Below are positions 10,064-19,892 of a stretch of DNA of 64,000 bases, one piece after another. The position numbers and the translations under genes were made by a program. How positions within the stretch are numbered: the first letter of the stretch is position 1; each line of letters starts with the position of its first letter. Origin of the DNA: a virus; the IMG/VR virus record IMGVR_UViG_3300010371_000001, positions 1 through 64,000 of that record; one strand, written 5' to 3'. Below the pieces are notes generated by a model. It did no database searches, was not told the origin of the DNA, and saw only the letters and a program-made list of their open reading frames with translations.

Positions 10064-10221
10064 ATTTGTCCCTCTCTCAAACTCGCAAAGTGTTTTGACA
10101 TAGTTACGTCAGGTACTACCAAAACTATACCACACTTGACGAACACACCGCAATGAGGTAGTATATAAATACATGGTTACGATGATACGTTAGAACGTTA
10201 GATAGTAAGAAGGAAAGCAAG
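10064..10221. promoter_or_regulatory. divergent promoter region
   Basis: Minus-strand extended -10 TGGTATAGT (10124-10132); plus-strand TTGACA/TTGACG boxes and TATATA; GTTAC/GTTAG direct repeats. Confidence 0.65.
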
Positions 10222-10914
10222 ATGGCTGAAAAGCAGAATGGAGCGAGCGGCATGAGGCAAGACACAGAGCGGGATAACGCTCATTTAGTGACAGGGAAAA
10301 CAGTCAAGACTGAAACTAATGTCACTAACACAGATATGAGCCGTTATACAACGGCCTCTGCCCCCGCCCCGTACACCATCCCCAGCGACCCCAGCGCCAT
10401 CGACATGCGCCGTTTGGGGCAATTGATCTGGCGCATGCACAACACAGTCCCGATGGACGGCAAAGGGTCAGCCTTATTAGCTGACATCATGCAAGCCGTA
10501 GGCATGATGCCAGATGACGGGATGCTCTATACCAGTGAAGTGTGCGAAGAGATTGAGCGCCATCGCTCACCTTCCACACACCCCATCCCCGACGACACGT
10601 TCACCCCCGCCAACGATGCTGAGCGCCTGTTCGGCGTGCCAGCGGGCTATGGCGACACATCCGAGCGCGACGACCGGCACGATCCGTATTGCACGTGTGC
10701 GGGGTGCCGGGGTGATGAGCCGGATGAGCCGGAATGCCCTCCGCCACCATCATTCGGCAAGTGCGACCTGTGCAAGAAGGAAACGAGCGACCTGAAACAA
10801 TGCAGCAAATGCGATGCGTGGTGCTGCTACATGGATTGGATGCGACAGGATGGCGGCACGGTGCTGTGTGTCCACTGCGATTTTGAGCAGGCGTATGGGG
10901 AGGCGTGGCAATGA
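10222..10914 (+). CDS. hypothetical protein with C-terminal Cys-rich Zn-binding region
   Basis: CTCAGC, CDLC, CSKC, CC, CVHC; AAGGA RBS. Confidence 0.7.
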   Translation: MAEKQNGASGMRQDTERDNAHLVTGKTVKTETNVTNTDMSRYTTASAPAPYTIPSDPSAIDMRRLGQLIWRMHNTVPMDGKGSALLADIMQAVGMMPDDGMLYTSEVCEEIERHRSPSTHPIPDDTFTPANDAERLFGVPAGYGDTSERDDRHDPYCTCAGCRGDEPDEPECPPPPSFGKCDLCKKETSDLKQCSKCDAWCCYMDWMRQDGGTVLCVHCDFEQAYGEAWQ

Positions 10915-11195
10915 GTAGACTTGATAACTTCCTTGAGGAATCGGATCGTCGCACTAAGATTAACCTCTATCTTGCCCGCAAAGAACGCGAGCGCAAGGAA
11001 CTGGCACATAGCATTGCCGTGCTGATTGTGCTGGGGTTGTACACCCTGGCATGGCTGGCTGGCACAGCGCTGATCGCTTGGGTGCTGTCATTCACCATAG
11101 GACATCTGACCTTCTGGCAATGGTGCCTCACCATCTTCGTGGTGGGCATCGCAGCGGGGCGCGTAGCATCGTGGTTCAAACGAGGGGAGAAATAG
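10911..11195 (+). CDS. two-TM membrane protein
   Basis: Two hydrophobic helices. Confidence 0.6.
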   Translation: MSRLDNFLEESDRRTKINLYLARKERERKELAHSIAVLIVLGLYTLAWLAGTALIAWVLSFTIGHLTFWQWCLTIFVVGIAAGRVASWFKRGEK

Positions 11196-11199
11196 CGCG

Positions 11200-13485
11200 A
11201 TGGTAGCACCAACAGCCGACTACGGCGCGTTTTTGGCCAGCAAACGTATCACGGCTCAGCCGTGCGGTTTTGATGTGAGTGAGCGCGATATCAATCCGAT
11301 GCTGTTCCCGTTCCAACGGCGGATCGTCCAGTGGGCCGTGCATCGTGGACGGGCGGCACTCTTCGAGGAATGCGGCCTTGGCAAGTCGCTACAACAATAC
11401 GAGTGGGCGCGCATCATCAGTGAGCATGAGCATCGCCCCGTTTTGATTCTTGCCCCCTTGGGCGTGGCGGTACAGAGCGTGGATGAGGGGGCAAAATTTG
11501 GCATCCCTATCACGCTTTGTCGGACCCAAGCCGATGTGCAATCAGGGATCAACATCACCAATTACGACATGCTGCATCATTTCGATCCCGCCGCATTTTG
11601 CGGGATCGTCCTTGACGAATCGAGCATCCTCAAGTCGTTTGGTGGCGAAGTGCGCAAGGAAATTACGGAGTTTGCTCGCATCATCCCCTATCGCCTGTGT
11701 TGCACCGCCACGCCAGCTCCGAACGATCTCATTGAACTGACGAACCATGCCGAATTCCTAGACATCATGAGCGGCAAAGAGATCATCGCCTTGTTCTTTA
11801 CGCAGGATGGCAACACCACCCACAAGTGGCGACTCAAGGGTCACGCCCAAGACGAGTTTTGGCGGTGGATGGCATCCTGGTGTATTGCTATTCGCAAGCC
11901 GTCGGACTTGGGATTCAGTGACGAGGGTTACACACTGCCGAAACTGCATATCCATCAGGTGACAGTGAAAGGGACCGCGCGCCCCGGTCAGATGTTCGCT
12001 GTGGAAGCACAGACACTGGAAGAACGGCGCGATGCCCGACGTGAAAGCCTCTCCGAGCGCGTTGCGGCGTGTGCCAAATTGGTGGCGAAAGAACCGGATG
12101 AGCCTTGGCTTGTGTGGTGCGATCTCAACATTGAGGGTGAGTCTCTCACAAAAGCCATTCCTGGCGCGGTGCAAATCACTGGCGCAGATAGCCGGGACCA
12201 CAAAGAAACAGCGATGCGCGATTTCATTAAGGGTACAACACTCGATCTGGTAAGCAAGCCCTCTATCTGTGGTTTTGGTCTGAACCTGCAACATAGTGCG
12301 CGTGCGGCATTCGTTGGGCTATCGGATAGTTTCGAGCAGTTCTATCAGGCGATCCGTCGGGAGTGGCGTTATGGGCAGACCCGCGAAGTCCATGCCTATG
12401 TCATCACATCTGAGACAGAAGGGGCGGTGGTTAAAAATATCCAACGCAAAGAGAAGCAGGCTAGCCAAATGATGGAAGAGATCGTCAAGCATATGGCTGG
12501 CCTGTCCTTGGCTCATGCGGAACGCAGCGAGATGGAGTATGAAGAAGCCGTCACTCAAGGGCGCGGCTGGACGCTATACCTGGGCGATAGTGTGCTACTG
12601 ATGGATGCACTTGATGATAATAGCGTGGGTCTTACAGTCACATCGCCGCCCTTCCCTGGCATGTATGCGTACACCAACAGTTCCCACGACATCGGTAATA
12701 CCACCACGATTGATGAGATGGTGGCCCACTTTCGCTACCTGATGAGCAAAGAGAAACTCTATCGCGTCACGATGCCTGGACGCATGGCGTGCATCCACCT
12801 CTGCCAACTCACGGCTATGAAGAGCCGTGAGGGATATGTCGGGCTGCACGACTACCGGGGTCGGGTCATTCAGATGATGATCGAGGAGGGATGGGTATTC
12901 GCGGGCGAGGTCACGATTGAGAAGAATCCCCAGGTGCAAGCAGTACGCAACAAAGAACGCGGCTTACTCTTTAAGACTCTCGCCACGGATGCCAGCCTCA
13001 TGCGCATGGCCTTAGCTGATTATCTCATCTACTTCCGTAAGCCAGGGGATAATCCGGTTCCGATTCACGCCGGAATGAGCAAGAAATACAACCCCAACGG
13101 CGGATGGATTACCGAGGAAGAGTGGATCGAGTGGGCATCGCCTGTCTGGCATCGCCAGGGTAAAGCATACCCCAATGGCATCCGTGAGACGGATGTGCTG
13201 AACGTCTCAGCGGCGCGGGACACAAATGATGAACGCCACCTTTGCCCGTTGCAGTTAGGCGTCATTGAGCGCGCCGTTAAACTCTGGTCAGCACCTGGCG
13301 ATCTTGTTCTCGACCCCTTCAATGGCGTTGGCAGCACAGGCTATCAGGCACTGCGTTTTGGTCGGCACTATGTTGGTTTTGAGTTGAAGCGGTCATACTG
13401 GCAATCAGCGAAGGCTAATCTTGAACGCGCCGCTCGTGAGAAAGCCCAGCCGGGACTATTCGATGAACTCGATGAGGTGGCCTAG
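11200..13485 (+). CDS. SNF2-like helicase fused to N4/N6 DNA methyltransferase
   Basis: CGLGKS, LDESS, TATPAPND, QAIRREWRYGQ; then TSPPF and VLDPFNGVGSTG (beta-class order). Confidence 0.92.
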   Translation: MVAPTADYGAFLASKRITAQPCGFDVSERDINPMLFPFQRRIVQWAVHRGRAALFEECGLGKSLQQYEWARIISEHEHRPVLILAPLGVAVQSVDEGAKFGIPITLCRTQADVQSGINITNYDMLHHFDPAAFCGIVLDESSILKSFGGEVRKEITEFARIIPYRLCCTATPAPNDLIELTNHAEFLDIMSGKEIIALFFTQDGNTTHKWRLKGHAQDEFWRWMASWCIAIRKPSDLGFSDEGYTLPKLHIHQVTVKGTARPGQMFAVEAQTLEERRDARRESLSERVAACAKLVAKEPDEPWLVWCDLNIEGESLTKAIPGAVQITGADSRDHKETAMRDFIKGTTLDLVSKPSICGFGLNLQHSARAAFVGLSDSFEQFYQAIRREWRYGQTREVHAYVITSETEGAVVKNIQRKEKQASQMMEEIVKHMAGLSLAHAERSEMEYEEAVTQGRGWTLYLGDSVLLMDALDDNSVGLTVTSPPFPGMYAYTNSSHDIGNTTTIDEMVAHFRYLMSKEKLYRVTMPGRMACIHLCQLTAMKSREGYVGLHDYRGRVIQMMIEEGWVFAGEVTIEKNPQVQAVRNKERGLLFKTLATDASLMRMALADYLIYFRKPGDNPVPIHAGMSKKYNPNGGWITEEEWIEWASPVWHRQGKAYPNGIRETDVLNVSAARDTNDERHLCPLQLGVIERAVKLWSAPGDLVLDPFNGVGSTGYQALRFGRHYVGFELKRSYWQSAKANLERAAREKAQPGLFDELDEVA

Positions 13486-13746
13486 ATGGATATCACCGCA
13501 ATCCCGTATCAGCATCGCATCGTCGTGGCGCGTGTGCCTGATGGCTGGGTCTGCGTGCTGCGGCCTGGCGGCATCATCGGTGATGACGCCGAAACGTGGC
13601 GGCAGGCGCGTGAGAACGCCGTGGACCCGTGGCATGCCGACCCCGCCACCTGCATAATTGTCGATGCACGCGAGCCGCAGTGGCGCAAGGTGCGTGACGA
13701 TTCCTGGCGCGTGCTGGGGATGATGGCGCGAGAGCGAGGCGAGTGA
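13486..13746 (+). CDS. hypothetical protein
   Basis: GAGGTGG RBS, abuts upstream gene. Confidence 0.55.
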   Translation: MDITAIPYQHRIVVARVPDGWVCVLRPGGIIGDDAETWRQARENAVDPWHADPATCIIVDAREPQWRKVRDDSWRVLGMMARERGE

Positions 13747-13747
13747 T

Positions 13748-13978
13748 ATGGCAACACAACCCAGCCCATTCACCTACACCGCTGTGACGCTGCACGGCCA
13801 GCACCTCTACCGTGTGCTGGCCGATGGCCGGGAGATTGGCCTGATGCAGCGCACCCGTGGCGGCTGGGCAGCCTGTGAGTGGCACCAGGCGCACGGCACG
13901 ACCCAACAGCGCGAGGTATTCGCCACGCAAGCTGAGGTGGGCTGGTACTGGCTGAAACGGAAGGGGGCAAGGGGATGA
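13748..13978 (+). CDS. hypothetical protein
   Basis: Tightly packed operon ORF. Confidence 0.55.
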   Translation: MATQPSPFTYTAVTLHGQHLYRVLADGREIGLMQRTRGGWAACEWHQAHGTTQQREVFATQAEVGWYWLKRKGARG

Positions 13979-14175
13979 TGGCAAATCGCAAAGAGATCAG
14001 GGAAGCGGCCCGCAAGCGGGATATAGCCACGCTGAATGAGGCGATCAAGATCATGGCGCGCCATATCCCGCCCGTGGGAAGCGTTCAGCCGATGGCCCGC
14101 ATCCCCTGGCGTGAAGCGATCAAATTGATGCGACAGATGAAGGCGGAACTGGAAAGCGAGGTGAGCGAGAGATGA
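13975..14175 (+). CDS. hypothetical protein
   Basis: ATGA overlaps. Confidence 0.55.
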   Translation: MMANRKEIREAARKRDIATLNEAIKIMARHIPPVGSVQPMARIPWREAIKLMRQMKAELESEVSER

Positions 14176-14396
14176 TCATCACCATTCACGCGCCCCTAGA
14201 CATCGACACGGCGCGGCTCACGCGGGCGCAACGGCTGCTGGTGGGCTACCTATGCGGGCTGCATGAGCGCCAGGGCGATGTGCTGCTGTTCAGCGTGCGG
14301 CGGGCGGTGGTGGTGACGGGGATGGAAGATGCGGATGTTCAAGACGCGCTGCATGGGATGGTAGCGGCGCGGGCGATTGAGTTGGAAGCGGCGTAG
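14172..14396 (+). CDS. small winged-helix-like protein
   Basis: LTRAQRLLVGYL...SVRRAVVVTGMEDADVQDALHGM pattern. Confidence 0.5.
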   Translation: MIITIHAPLDIDTARLTRAQRLLVGYLCGLHERQGDVLLFSVRRAVVVTGMEDADVQDALHGMVAARAIELEAA

Positions 14397-14471
14397 GACA
14401 TCGGCACTAATGGCGGCAGATCGGCGCGAATTGCCGGTATATCGTCAGTGCGCATTACAAGGCGGGCGAAT

Positions 14472-15653
14472 ATGGTGGCAGAACGGAAAGATGAACCAGG
14501 GGTGGTGCTTCCCTGGCGACAGAGGGCGGCGGTGATGGGTGTAGTTGAGGAAGAAAAAATCAGCGTCATCACCGGTGACGCCTTTGCCGCTGTGCAGAAA
14601 GTGGGGCAGATGGGATATCCCAAACGCATGACTCACTTCCTCTTAGACGCGCTACTCAAAGAGACGTTCAAGAACTCTGGATGGCACCGCAAGCATGGCC
14701 GCCCACAGCACGTATGCACATTCCGTCTCACTACATGGGCGGTCACACTCGGCTGGGAGAAACCAACCGTCATCCAGGTACGCAACCGCCTAGTAGAGGC
14801 TGGCGTCATCACCTTTGAGCCAGATCCTGATATTCCCGGAGATGGCGTGATTGCGTGGAATATCGCCTTTAACGAATGGCAACCCATCGGTCTCAGGGGA
14901 GGGAAGCGCACTGGTGCTGGCAATCCCTATTTTTCGTCGCCAGAATATCAAGCGTACATTACTAGATTGAAAGCAGAAAAGACCTATCAAAGTAGTAATG
15001 GCGACTATCAAAGTAGTAACGATTCCCTATCAAAAGAGAAACGCAAGCCTGCTAAAACGCCTATCAAAGTAGTAACGGTCGTAAGCTCTGATGCCAGTGT
15101 AGGCCAGGCCGCACCAGACCCTTTAAGAAAAGATACGGAAGAAACAAAGAAGAAAACCCCTAACGGGGTACGCACGCGGTCGCGTGCTAGCCCTGATGGT
15201 TCTGCAAAAACGTTTGAGGTGGTTGATGAGGACGACATCCGCTTCAAGATTGCTGCTTATTTCTGGCGCAAGCGCAAGGAATTCGCGCCAGAGTTGACGG
15301 ACCCACCACTTACTCCCGCTGGGTTGGCGAAGTGGTGCGACTTAGTAAGACGCCTCCTTGCCAAGCACGATAAAAACACCATCGGCCACGCCATTGACTA
15401 CGCTTTTGCAGACGTGAAGTGGTGGGCAGGCAAGATGAGCGGAATGGATCGATTCCACCGCGATTTTGCCAAGATTTACACGGACATGCAGGCCGCGCAG
15501 AAACGAGAGGAGAGAGGGAATGGGCAAGCGAGATCATCAACTCAAAGCACTGTCAACGGACGAGGTACTCCGGCTGGCAAACTTATCAAAAGTCGAGAGC
15601 AGCGCATCGCCGAGGCCGCTCAGCCGCATGGAACGCGAAAAACAAGCGCGTGA
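14472..15653 (+). CDS. phage replication initiator (lambda O-like)
   Basis: N-terminal wHTH (WAVTLGWEKPTVIQVRNRLVEAGVI..WNIAFNEW), internal iterons, upstream of DnaC-like gene. Confidence 0.8.
   Translation: MVAERKDEPGVVLPWRQRAAVMGVVEEEKISVITGDAFAAVQKVGQMGYPKRMTHFLLDALLKETFKNSGWHRKHGRPQHVCTFRLTTWAVTLGWEKPTVIQVRNRLVEAGVITFEPDPDIPGDGVIAWNIAFNEWQPIGLRGGKRTGAGNPYFSSPEYQAYITRLKAEKTYQSSNGDYQSSNDSLSKEKRKPAKTPIKVVTVVSSDASVGQAAPDPLRKDTEETKKKTPNGVRTRSRASPDGSAKTFEVVDEDDIRFKIAAYFWRKRKEFAPELTDPPLTPAGLAKWCDLVRRLLAKHDKNTIGHAIDYAFADVKWWAGKMSGMDRFHRDFAKIYTDMQAAQKREERGNGQARSSTQSTVNGRGTPAGKLIKSREQRIAEAAQPHGTRKTSA
14984..15075 (+). repeat. iterons (CTATCAAAGTAGTAA), probable replication origin
   Basis: Exact copies at 14984, 15005, 15061; degenerate copy at 15027. 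Confidence 0.85.
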
Positions 15654-16503
15654 TGAACACCGCAAATTGATGCGCAACCGCCCCTATTGGGTGCGGGTCG
15701 TCGCTGCAAACGGCGGCACTGAGCCGAGCCATGAAGAATTGCTCCGCACGATGCCAGAGCGAATGGCGACACAAAAGCAACTATGCCCTCGCTGTCATGG
15801 GAGTGGCTATTTGCACTATGACGTGCCGTTCGATCATCCACAGTTTGCCAAGCGTGTTCCGTGTCGATGCCGTGAATCAGAACTGGAAACGAAACGGCGC
15901 GAGCGGTCACAGCGACTAGCAGATCTGACCACCGAAATGAGCGAAATGACGCTCGCCACCTACAACCAGGCGTGCGACCCTGAGGCCTACGCTGCGACGA
16001 TGGCGTTTATCACGGGTGCTAATGCTGCTGGTCAAGTTGCCCCGCCGTGGCTGTACTTTGAGGGCAATCCTGGTGGTGGCAAAACACACCTCATGGCTGC
16101 CATTGCGCACGCTTATTTGGAGCGTGGCGAGCGGGTGATGTTTCGCGTCGTGCCGAAACTGCTAGATTGGTTCCGTGCTGGCTTCAAGCAAAACCCCAGC
16201 GATGATGATGATTTCCAGTGGCGCTTTGATGAAGTGTGTAACGTGCCGCTGCTCTTGCTGGATGACCTGGGATCTGAGCATAACACCCCTTGGAGCCGGG
16301 AGCGGCTATTCACACTCATCAATCATCGTTACGCGCGAAATTTACGGACGGTGTTTTCGACTAACGTTGGGTTATCTGATGCTGATGAGCGCATTCGTTC
16401 GCGCATCATGGACCAGGCGAAATGCGAGTTGGTGTTTACCACCGATGAAGATTATCGGTCGCGTGCAGATCGGAAACAGCAACGGGCAAAGAAGGGGGCA
16501 TAA
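15520..16503 (+). CDS. DnaC/IstB-like helicase loader ATPase (start uncertain)
   Basis: CPRCHGSG..CRC Zn motif, GNPGGGKTHL, LLLDDLGSE, TVFSTN, RIRSRI. Confidence 0.92.
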   Translation: MGKRDHQLKALSTDEVLRLANLSKVESSASPRPLSRMEREKQARDEHRKLMRNRPYWVRVVAANGGTEPSHEELLRTMPERMATQKQLCPRCHGSGYLHYDVPFDHPQFAKRVPCRCRESELETKRRERSQRLADLTTEMSEMTLATYNQACDPEAYAATMAFITGANAAGQVAPPWLYFEGNPGGGKTHLMAAIAHAYLERGERVMFRVVPKLLDWFRAGFKQNPSDDDDFQWRFDEVCNVPLLLLDDLGSEHNTPWSRERLFTLINHRYARNLRTVFSTNVGLSDADERIRSRIMDQAKCELVFTTDEDYRSRADRKQQRAKKGA

Positions 16504-16560
16504 TATGCAAGCCATTGAAACAAGCTACCATGATCAAAAATATGGAAGGAGCGGCAACTG

Positions 16561-16953
16561 ATGTCACGTCGTAAAATCCCCCAGCCCCTCTTGAACCCGC
16601 CCGGCTTGCGTCACGTATCGCCGTCACCTGAGCCATCCGAGCGACCTGGCGAGCCATGCTACTGCTGTGGCGGCACCATCTGGTGGCTCTTGCCCCATAG
16701 CAGCGTGTGGCGCTGTGTCACCTGCCATCCAGCCTGGGATGCCCGCCGTAAAGAGGCGGTGGTCCTCTCAGCAGAGCGCGTGGCGCTGCTGCGGCTGGGG
16801 CGCGCAATGGGCTATCCGCGCTATCGGCTGTCCCCCTGGCGGGCCATCGCGGCGGGCGAGGCGGGCTGGCATGCATTTGTGCGCGCGATGGATGATGTGG
16901 GGATCAGCGTCGTGCTGGAACTGCTGGGGCAAGTGAAAGGACGTGCCGCATGA
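16561..16953 (+). CDS. Zn-finger hypothetical protein
   Basis: CYCCG..WW...WRCVTCHP. Confidence 0.6.
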   Translation: MSRRKIPQPLLNPPGLRHVSPSPEPSERPGEPCYCCGGTIWWLLPHSSVWRCVTCHPAWDARRKEAVVLSAERVALLRLGRAMGYPRYRLSPWRAIAAGEAGWHAFVRAMDDVGISVVLELLGQVKGRAA

Positions 16954-17816
16954 AAGCGCTTAGCTTGATCCAGCCTTGGGCGTCACTGATCGCCATAGGT
17001 GCCAAGAAAATTGAAACCCGCTCACGCTTGCGGCCCCCAGCGTCGCTGATCGGTCAGCGCATCGCCATCCATGCGAGCAAGGGCTTCCCACGCGATGCCA
17101 AGGATGCATGCCTTGACCCCGTGTTCGTTACGGCGCTGTGGTCTGACATCACGCGCTATGCCACCATTGACACGGCTCCTGATGGCGGCTATATGCGGCT
17201 GGGCAGCGAGTTCGTCAGCATCACGGAAATTGAGCAGCACATCAAGCAGTTGCCCTGCGGCGTCATTATCGCCACCGCGCGCGTCACCGGATGCTGGTCA
17301 ACCAATCGCCTTGACCTGCTGGCGAAATTGCCCGATGCTGAGCGCGCGTTTGGCAACTATGCCCCTGACCGCTGGATGTGGGGACTGGCGGATGTGCAGG
17401 TGTTGCCAGAGCCGATAGCCGCCAGCGGGAAATTGGGCCTGTGGGAATGGCAACATCCTGACGAGGTGGAACCCGTCAATACTGAGGGATGCATCTATGT
17501 TGATCAGATCATCCACTGGGGCAATGCGCCCGCACCGGGGGCAGAACGGTTCTTTGGCAATGGCAAGCCCAGTTGTCACATGTCCACCAGCGACCATTCG
17601 CCAGCAGGGCTAGAGGCGCTACATCGGTTCGCAGGGAAGCTGGGGATGAAGCGCGCGTGGTTCCAGGATACCGACGTGATGCCCCACTATGACCTGACGC
17701 CTAGCAAGCGCTCCCTGGCTGTCAGGAACGGGGCGATTGCGGTGGAAGGGACAGAGATCGTGCGGATCTGTGGGCGCGAACGTATCAAGAAGCTGCTGAC
17801 GGAGGGCGTGGCATGA
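16950..17816 (+). CDS. ASCH domain fused to DUF4031-like domain
   Basis: MKALSLIQPWA..GAKKIETR...GKLGLW; then IYVD..CHM..LHRFA..LGMKRAWFQ..PHYDL. Confidence 0.85.
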   Translation: MKALSLIQPWASLIAIGAKKIETRSRLRPPASLIGQRIAIHASKGFPRDAKDACLDPVFVTALWSDITRYATIDTAPDGGYMRLGSEFVSITEIEQHIKQLPCGVIIATARVTGCWSTNRLDLLAKLPDAERAFGNYAPDRWMWGLADVQVLPEPIAASGKLGLWEWQHPDEVEPVNTEGCIYVDQIIHWGNAPAPGAERFFGNGKPSCHMSTSDHSPAGLEALHRFAGKLGMKRAWFQDTDVMPHYDLTPSKRSLAVRNGAIAVEGTEIVRICGRERIKKLLTEGVA

Positions 17817-18010
17817 CGACCTATCGTATCGCTGGCCAGGTCACGAGCCGACTGCACCCCGAACGTGATGGCACGTGGATGGTGGTGGATGAGCAGGACA
17901 AACCGAAGCATTACGCCAAGACACGCCAGGCGGCCCAGCGGTGGATTGGCAGTATGACTGGGGTGGCGACACGGCAAGGGAAGAAGAAAGGGAAGGGTGA
18001 GGCAGCATGA
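17813..18010 (+). CDS. hypothetical protein
   Basis: Coupled overlaps. Confidence 0.55.
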   Translation: MTTYRIAGQVTSRLHPERDGTWMVVDEQDKPKHYAKTRQAAQRWIGSMTGVATRQGKKKGKGEAA

Positions 18011-18249
18011 ATGAAGCACTGACCAAGCAGATCGTCGCTCCATATGAAATGGCGGTGCGCAACCTGCTGCAAACAATGGGGCAACTGCAATTCGTGGAAC
18101 GCGAATACAGTTATCGCCCCACGAAAAGCCAAGCAATCCTGATGCATGATCTGCGCTCGTTGGTGCGCAAATATATGGATGAGATCCGCAAATACGAAGG
18201 GCCAGTGCAAGTGGCACTCTCAGAGATCGGAGGCGACGATGCAGACTGA
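18007..18249 (+). CDS. hypothetical protein
   Basis: Coupled overlaps. Confidence 0.55.
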   Translation: MNEALTKQIVAPYEMAVRNLLQTMGQLQFVEREYSYRPTKSQAILMHDLRSLVRKYMDEIRKYEGPVQVALSEIGGDDAD

Positions 18250-18532
18250 CACACACGGCGTCGCCATCATCTGCGAACGCGAGGGCGGTCACACGGTGGC
18301 CTGGGTAGATGAGGACGCATCCCGGCGCGTACCACCGGGATACTTTGTGGAACAGTGGCCCTATTACGGGCATGTCTATGCTGGCACGCTGGATGGCGAC
18401 TATGCTCAGCAAGAGATTGACGAGACGATGGGGCCACACACACGCGATGACCGCAAGCGCTGGTGGCTCACCTGGCGTAAGGCGGTGGCGTGGTGCCAGT
18501 ATGAAGCGCGACGGAAGGGGATGGCAGCGTGA
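18239..18532 (+). CDS. hypothetical protein
   Basis: GGAGG RBS. Confidence 0.55.
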   Translation: MQTDTHGVAIICEREGGHTVAWVDEDASRRVPPGYFVEQWPYYGHVYAGTLDGDYAQQEIDETMGPHTRDDRKRWWLTWRKAVAWCQYEARRKGMAA

Positions 18533-18825
18533 ATAACCGGATGATGCGCTTCGGCGCGGTGATGTACGACTCATGGTGGATCTTTGTGCTGGCGATGCTC
18601 GTCGGCGGCGGCATCGGTTGGGCAGTGCAATCGCTACAACCTGTCTGGCTGGCCTGGGTGCTGGGCATGACGTTCAGCGCAGGCATGGCAATGGTGCAAG
18701 ATCCTGCCGATGCGCGTGCCACTTACAGAAACATTCTGGCAGATAACAAGGGGAGGCGACGATGGCGACCGATGAGGAAAAGTCAATCGACATGCAAGCG
18801 TGGCGCAACGAGTTATGGATGCTGA
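18529..18825 (+). CDS. small membrane protein
   Basis: Two hydrophobic segments. Confidence 0.45.
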   Translation: MNNRMMRFGAVMYDSWWIFVLAMLVGGGIGWAVQSLQPVWLAWVLGMTFSAGMAMVQDPADARATYRNILADNKGRRRWRPMRKSQSTCKRGATSYGC

Positions 18826-19106
18826 AATTGTGGCATCCGCTGTATGGGCAGGGGAGCCAGAAACGTTCTGTGCTTGACGATGCCCTAGACGAACTGGCGG
18901 CGTCGCGCGCGTGGCGGGAACGAGCGATGCCACTGCTGAGCCGTAGCCAAAAGGCACTGGATGCTGCCATAGATAACATCTGTGAGGAATGCGGGATTGA
19001 TCGCCCGTTCATGGAATCGCAGTATGCTGCCATGATGGAAATCGAACGTGATTTGCGGCAATTGCTCACTGATACACGAGAAAGTGAGGCGAAACATGCC
19101 AACTAA
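18762..19106 (+). CDS. hypothetical protein with CxxC
   Basis: GGGGAGG RBS; CEECG. Confidence 0.6.
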   Translation: MATDEEKSIDMQAWRNELWMLKLWHPLYGQGSQKRSVLDDALDELAASRAWRERAMPLLSRSQKALDAAIDNICEECGIDRPFMESQYAAMMEIERDLRQLLTDTRESEAKHAN

Positions 19107-19452
19107 CGACCTGACCCCGCGCCCGGCCATCATGGCCTTTGCCCGGCTGATGGAGCAGGTGATGCGCGTGAAAGATGCCGCTGGCTATCCGGCATGGGAC
19201 AGTGAGAAGATCGATCAGCATCTAGCGGGCATCCACACGGAAGCGAACGAGGTGGAAGGGGCGCTGCATGATGCGCGATTAACCGGCTTCCTGGGCTGGG
19301 ATGGGGGGATGGAACTGGCACAGGCGGTGATGCGTGAGTGCGCCGATGTAGCCAACCGAGCCATGATGCTCGCCAACGCCGTGCGTCCGCTATGCAAGCA
19401 TGATGGGCGCGGGCGGGCGGTGGTGGATGAGAGGGCAATTGATGATAACTGA
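19096..19452 (+). CDS. MazG-like (all-alpha NTP pyrophosphatase-like) protein
   Basis: EANEV...ECADVANRAMM acidic motif. Confidence 0.6.
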   Translation: MPTNDLTPRPAIMAFARLMEQVMRVKDAAGYPAWDSEKIDQHLAGIHTEANEVEGALHDARLTGFLGWDGGMELAQAVMRECADVANRAMMLANAVRPLCKHDGRGRAVVDERAIDDN

Positions 19453-19684
19453 GCAGCAGATCCATCACCTCGCAACCAGCACGCCATTGTCGTATGACGG
19501 CATCGCTGCATTGGCATACCGCGCCGAACGATACGGCATGAGTAATGAGGCGTTCGTGGTGCTGGTTGAGTGTGCTTGCAAGGTGCCAATGGATAACGGG
19601 ATGACCTATCGCTTCATTGCGGCGGCGATAGATGTTGAGCGAGCATGGCAGATGGTAAAGAAAAGGAGCAAGGGGAATGAGTGA
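19442..19684 (+). CDS. hypothetical protein
   Basis: GAGGG RBS. Confidence 0.5.
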   Translation: MITEQQIHHLATSTPLSYDGIAALAYRAERYGMSNEAFVVLVECACKVPMDNGMTYRFIAAAIDVERAWQMVKKRSKGNE

Positions 19685-19892
19685 AGAACAGTTTCTCGCA
19701 TTTATCCGAGCGAACAAACATCTGGGCTATGGCCGCATGATGCAGATCATCTCGCATGAGTGGTGGCGGCATGATCCACACGGCGCGCTCAGTGTTGGTG
19801 ATTGCTACGCACTGATCAAGCCATCATCCGAAAAACAGGCGAGCGATTTTGAGGCACGGCATGATCCGCTGTTTGGGGATGGTGCAAAATGA
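19677..19892 (+). CDS. hypothetical protein
   Basis: AAGGAG RBS, overlap. Confidence 0.55.
   Translation: MSEEQFLAFIRANKHLGYGRMMQIISHEWWRHDPHGALSVGDCYALIKPSSEKQASDFEARHDPLFGDGAK

Noticed and set aside
11200-13485. Helicase-methyltransferase fusion as a novel defence system
   Set aside because: Common phage gene type; no restriction partner adjacent
3235-16505. Recurring AGGGGGCATA and GAGGCCGCATGA motifs
   Set aside because: Ribosome-binding and translational coupling sequences at gene junctions
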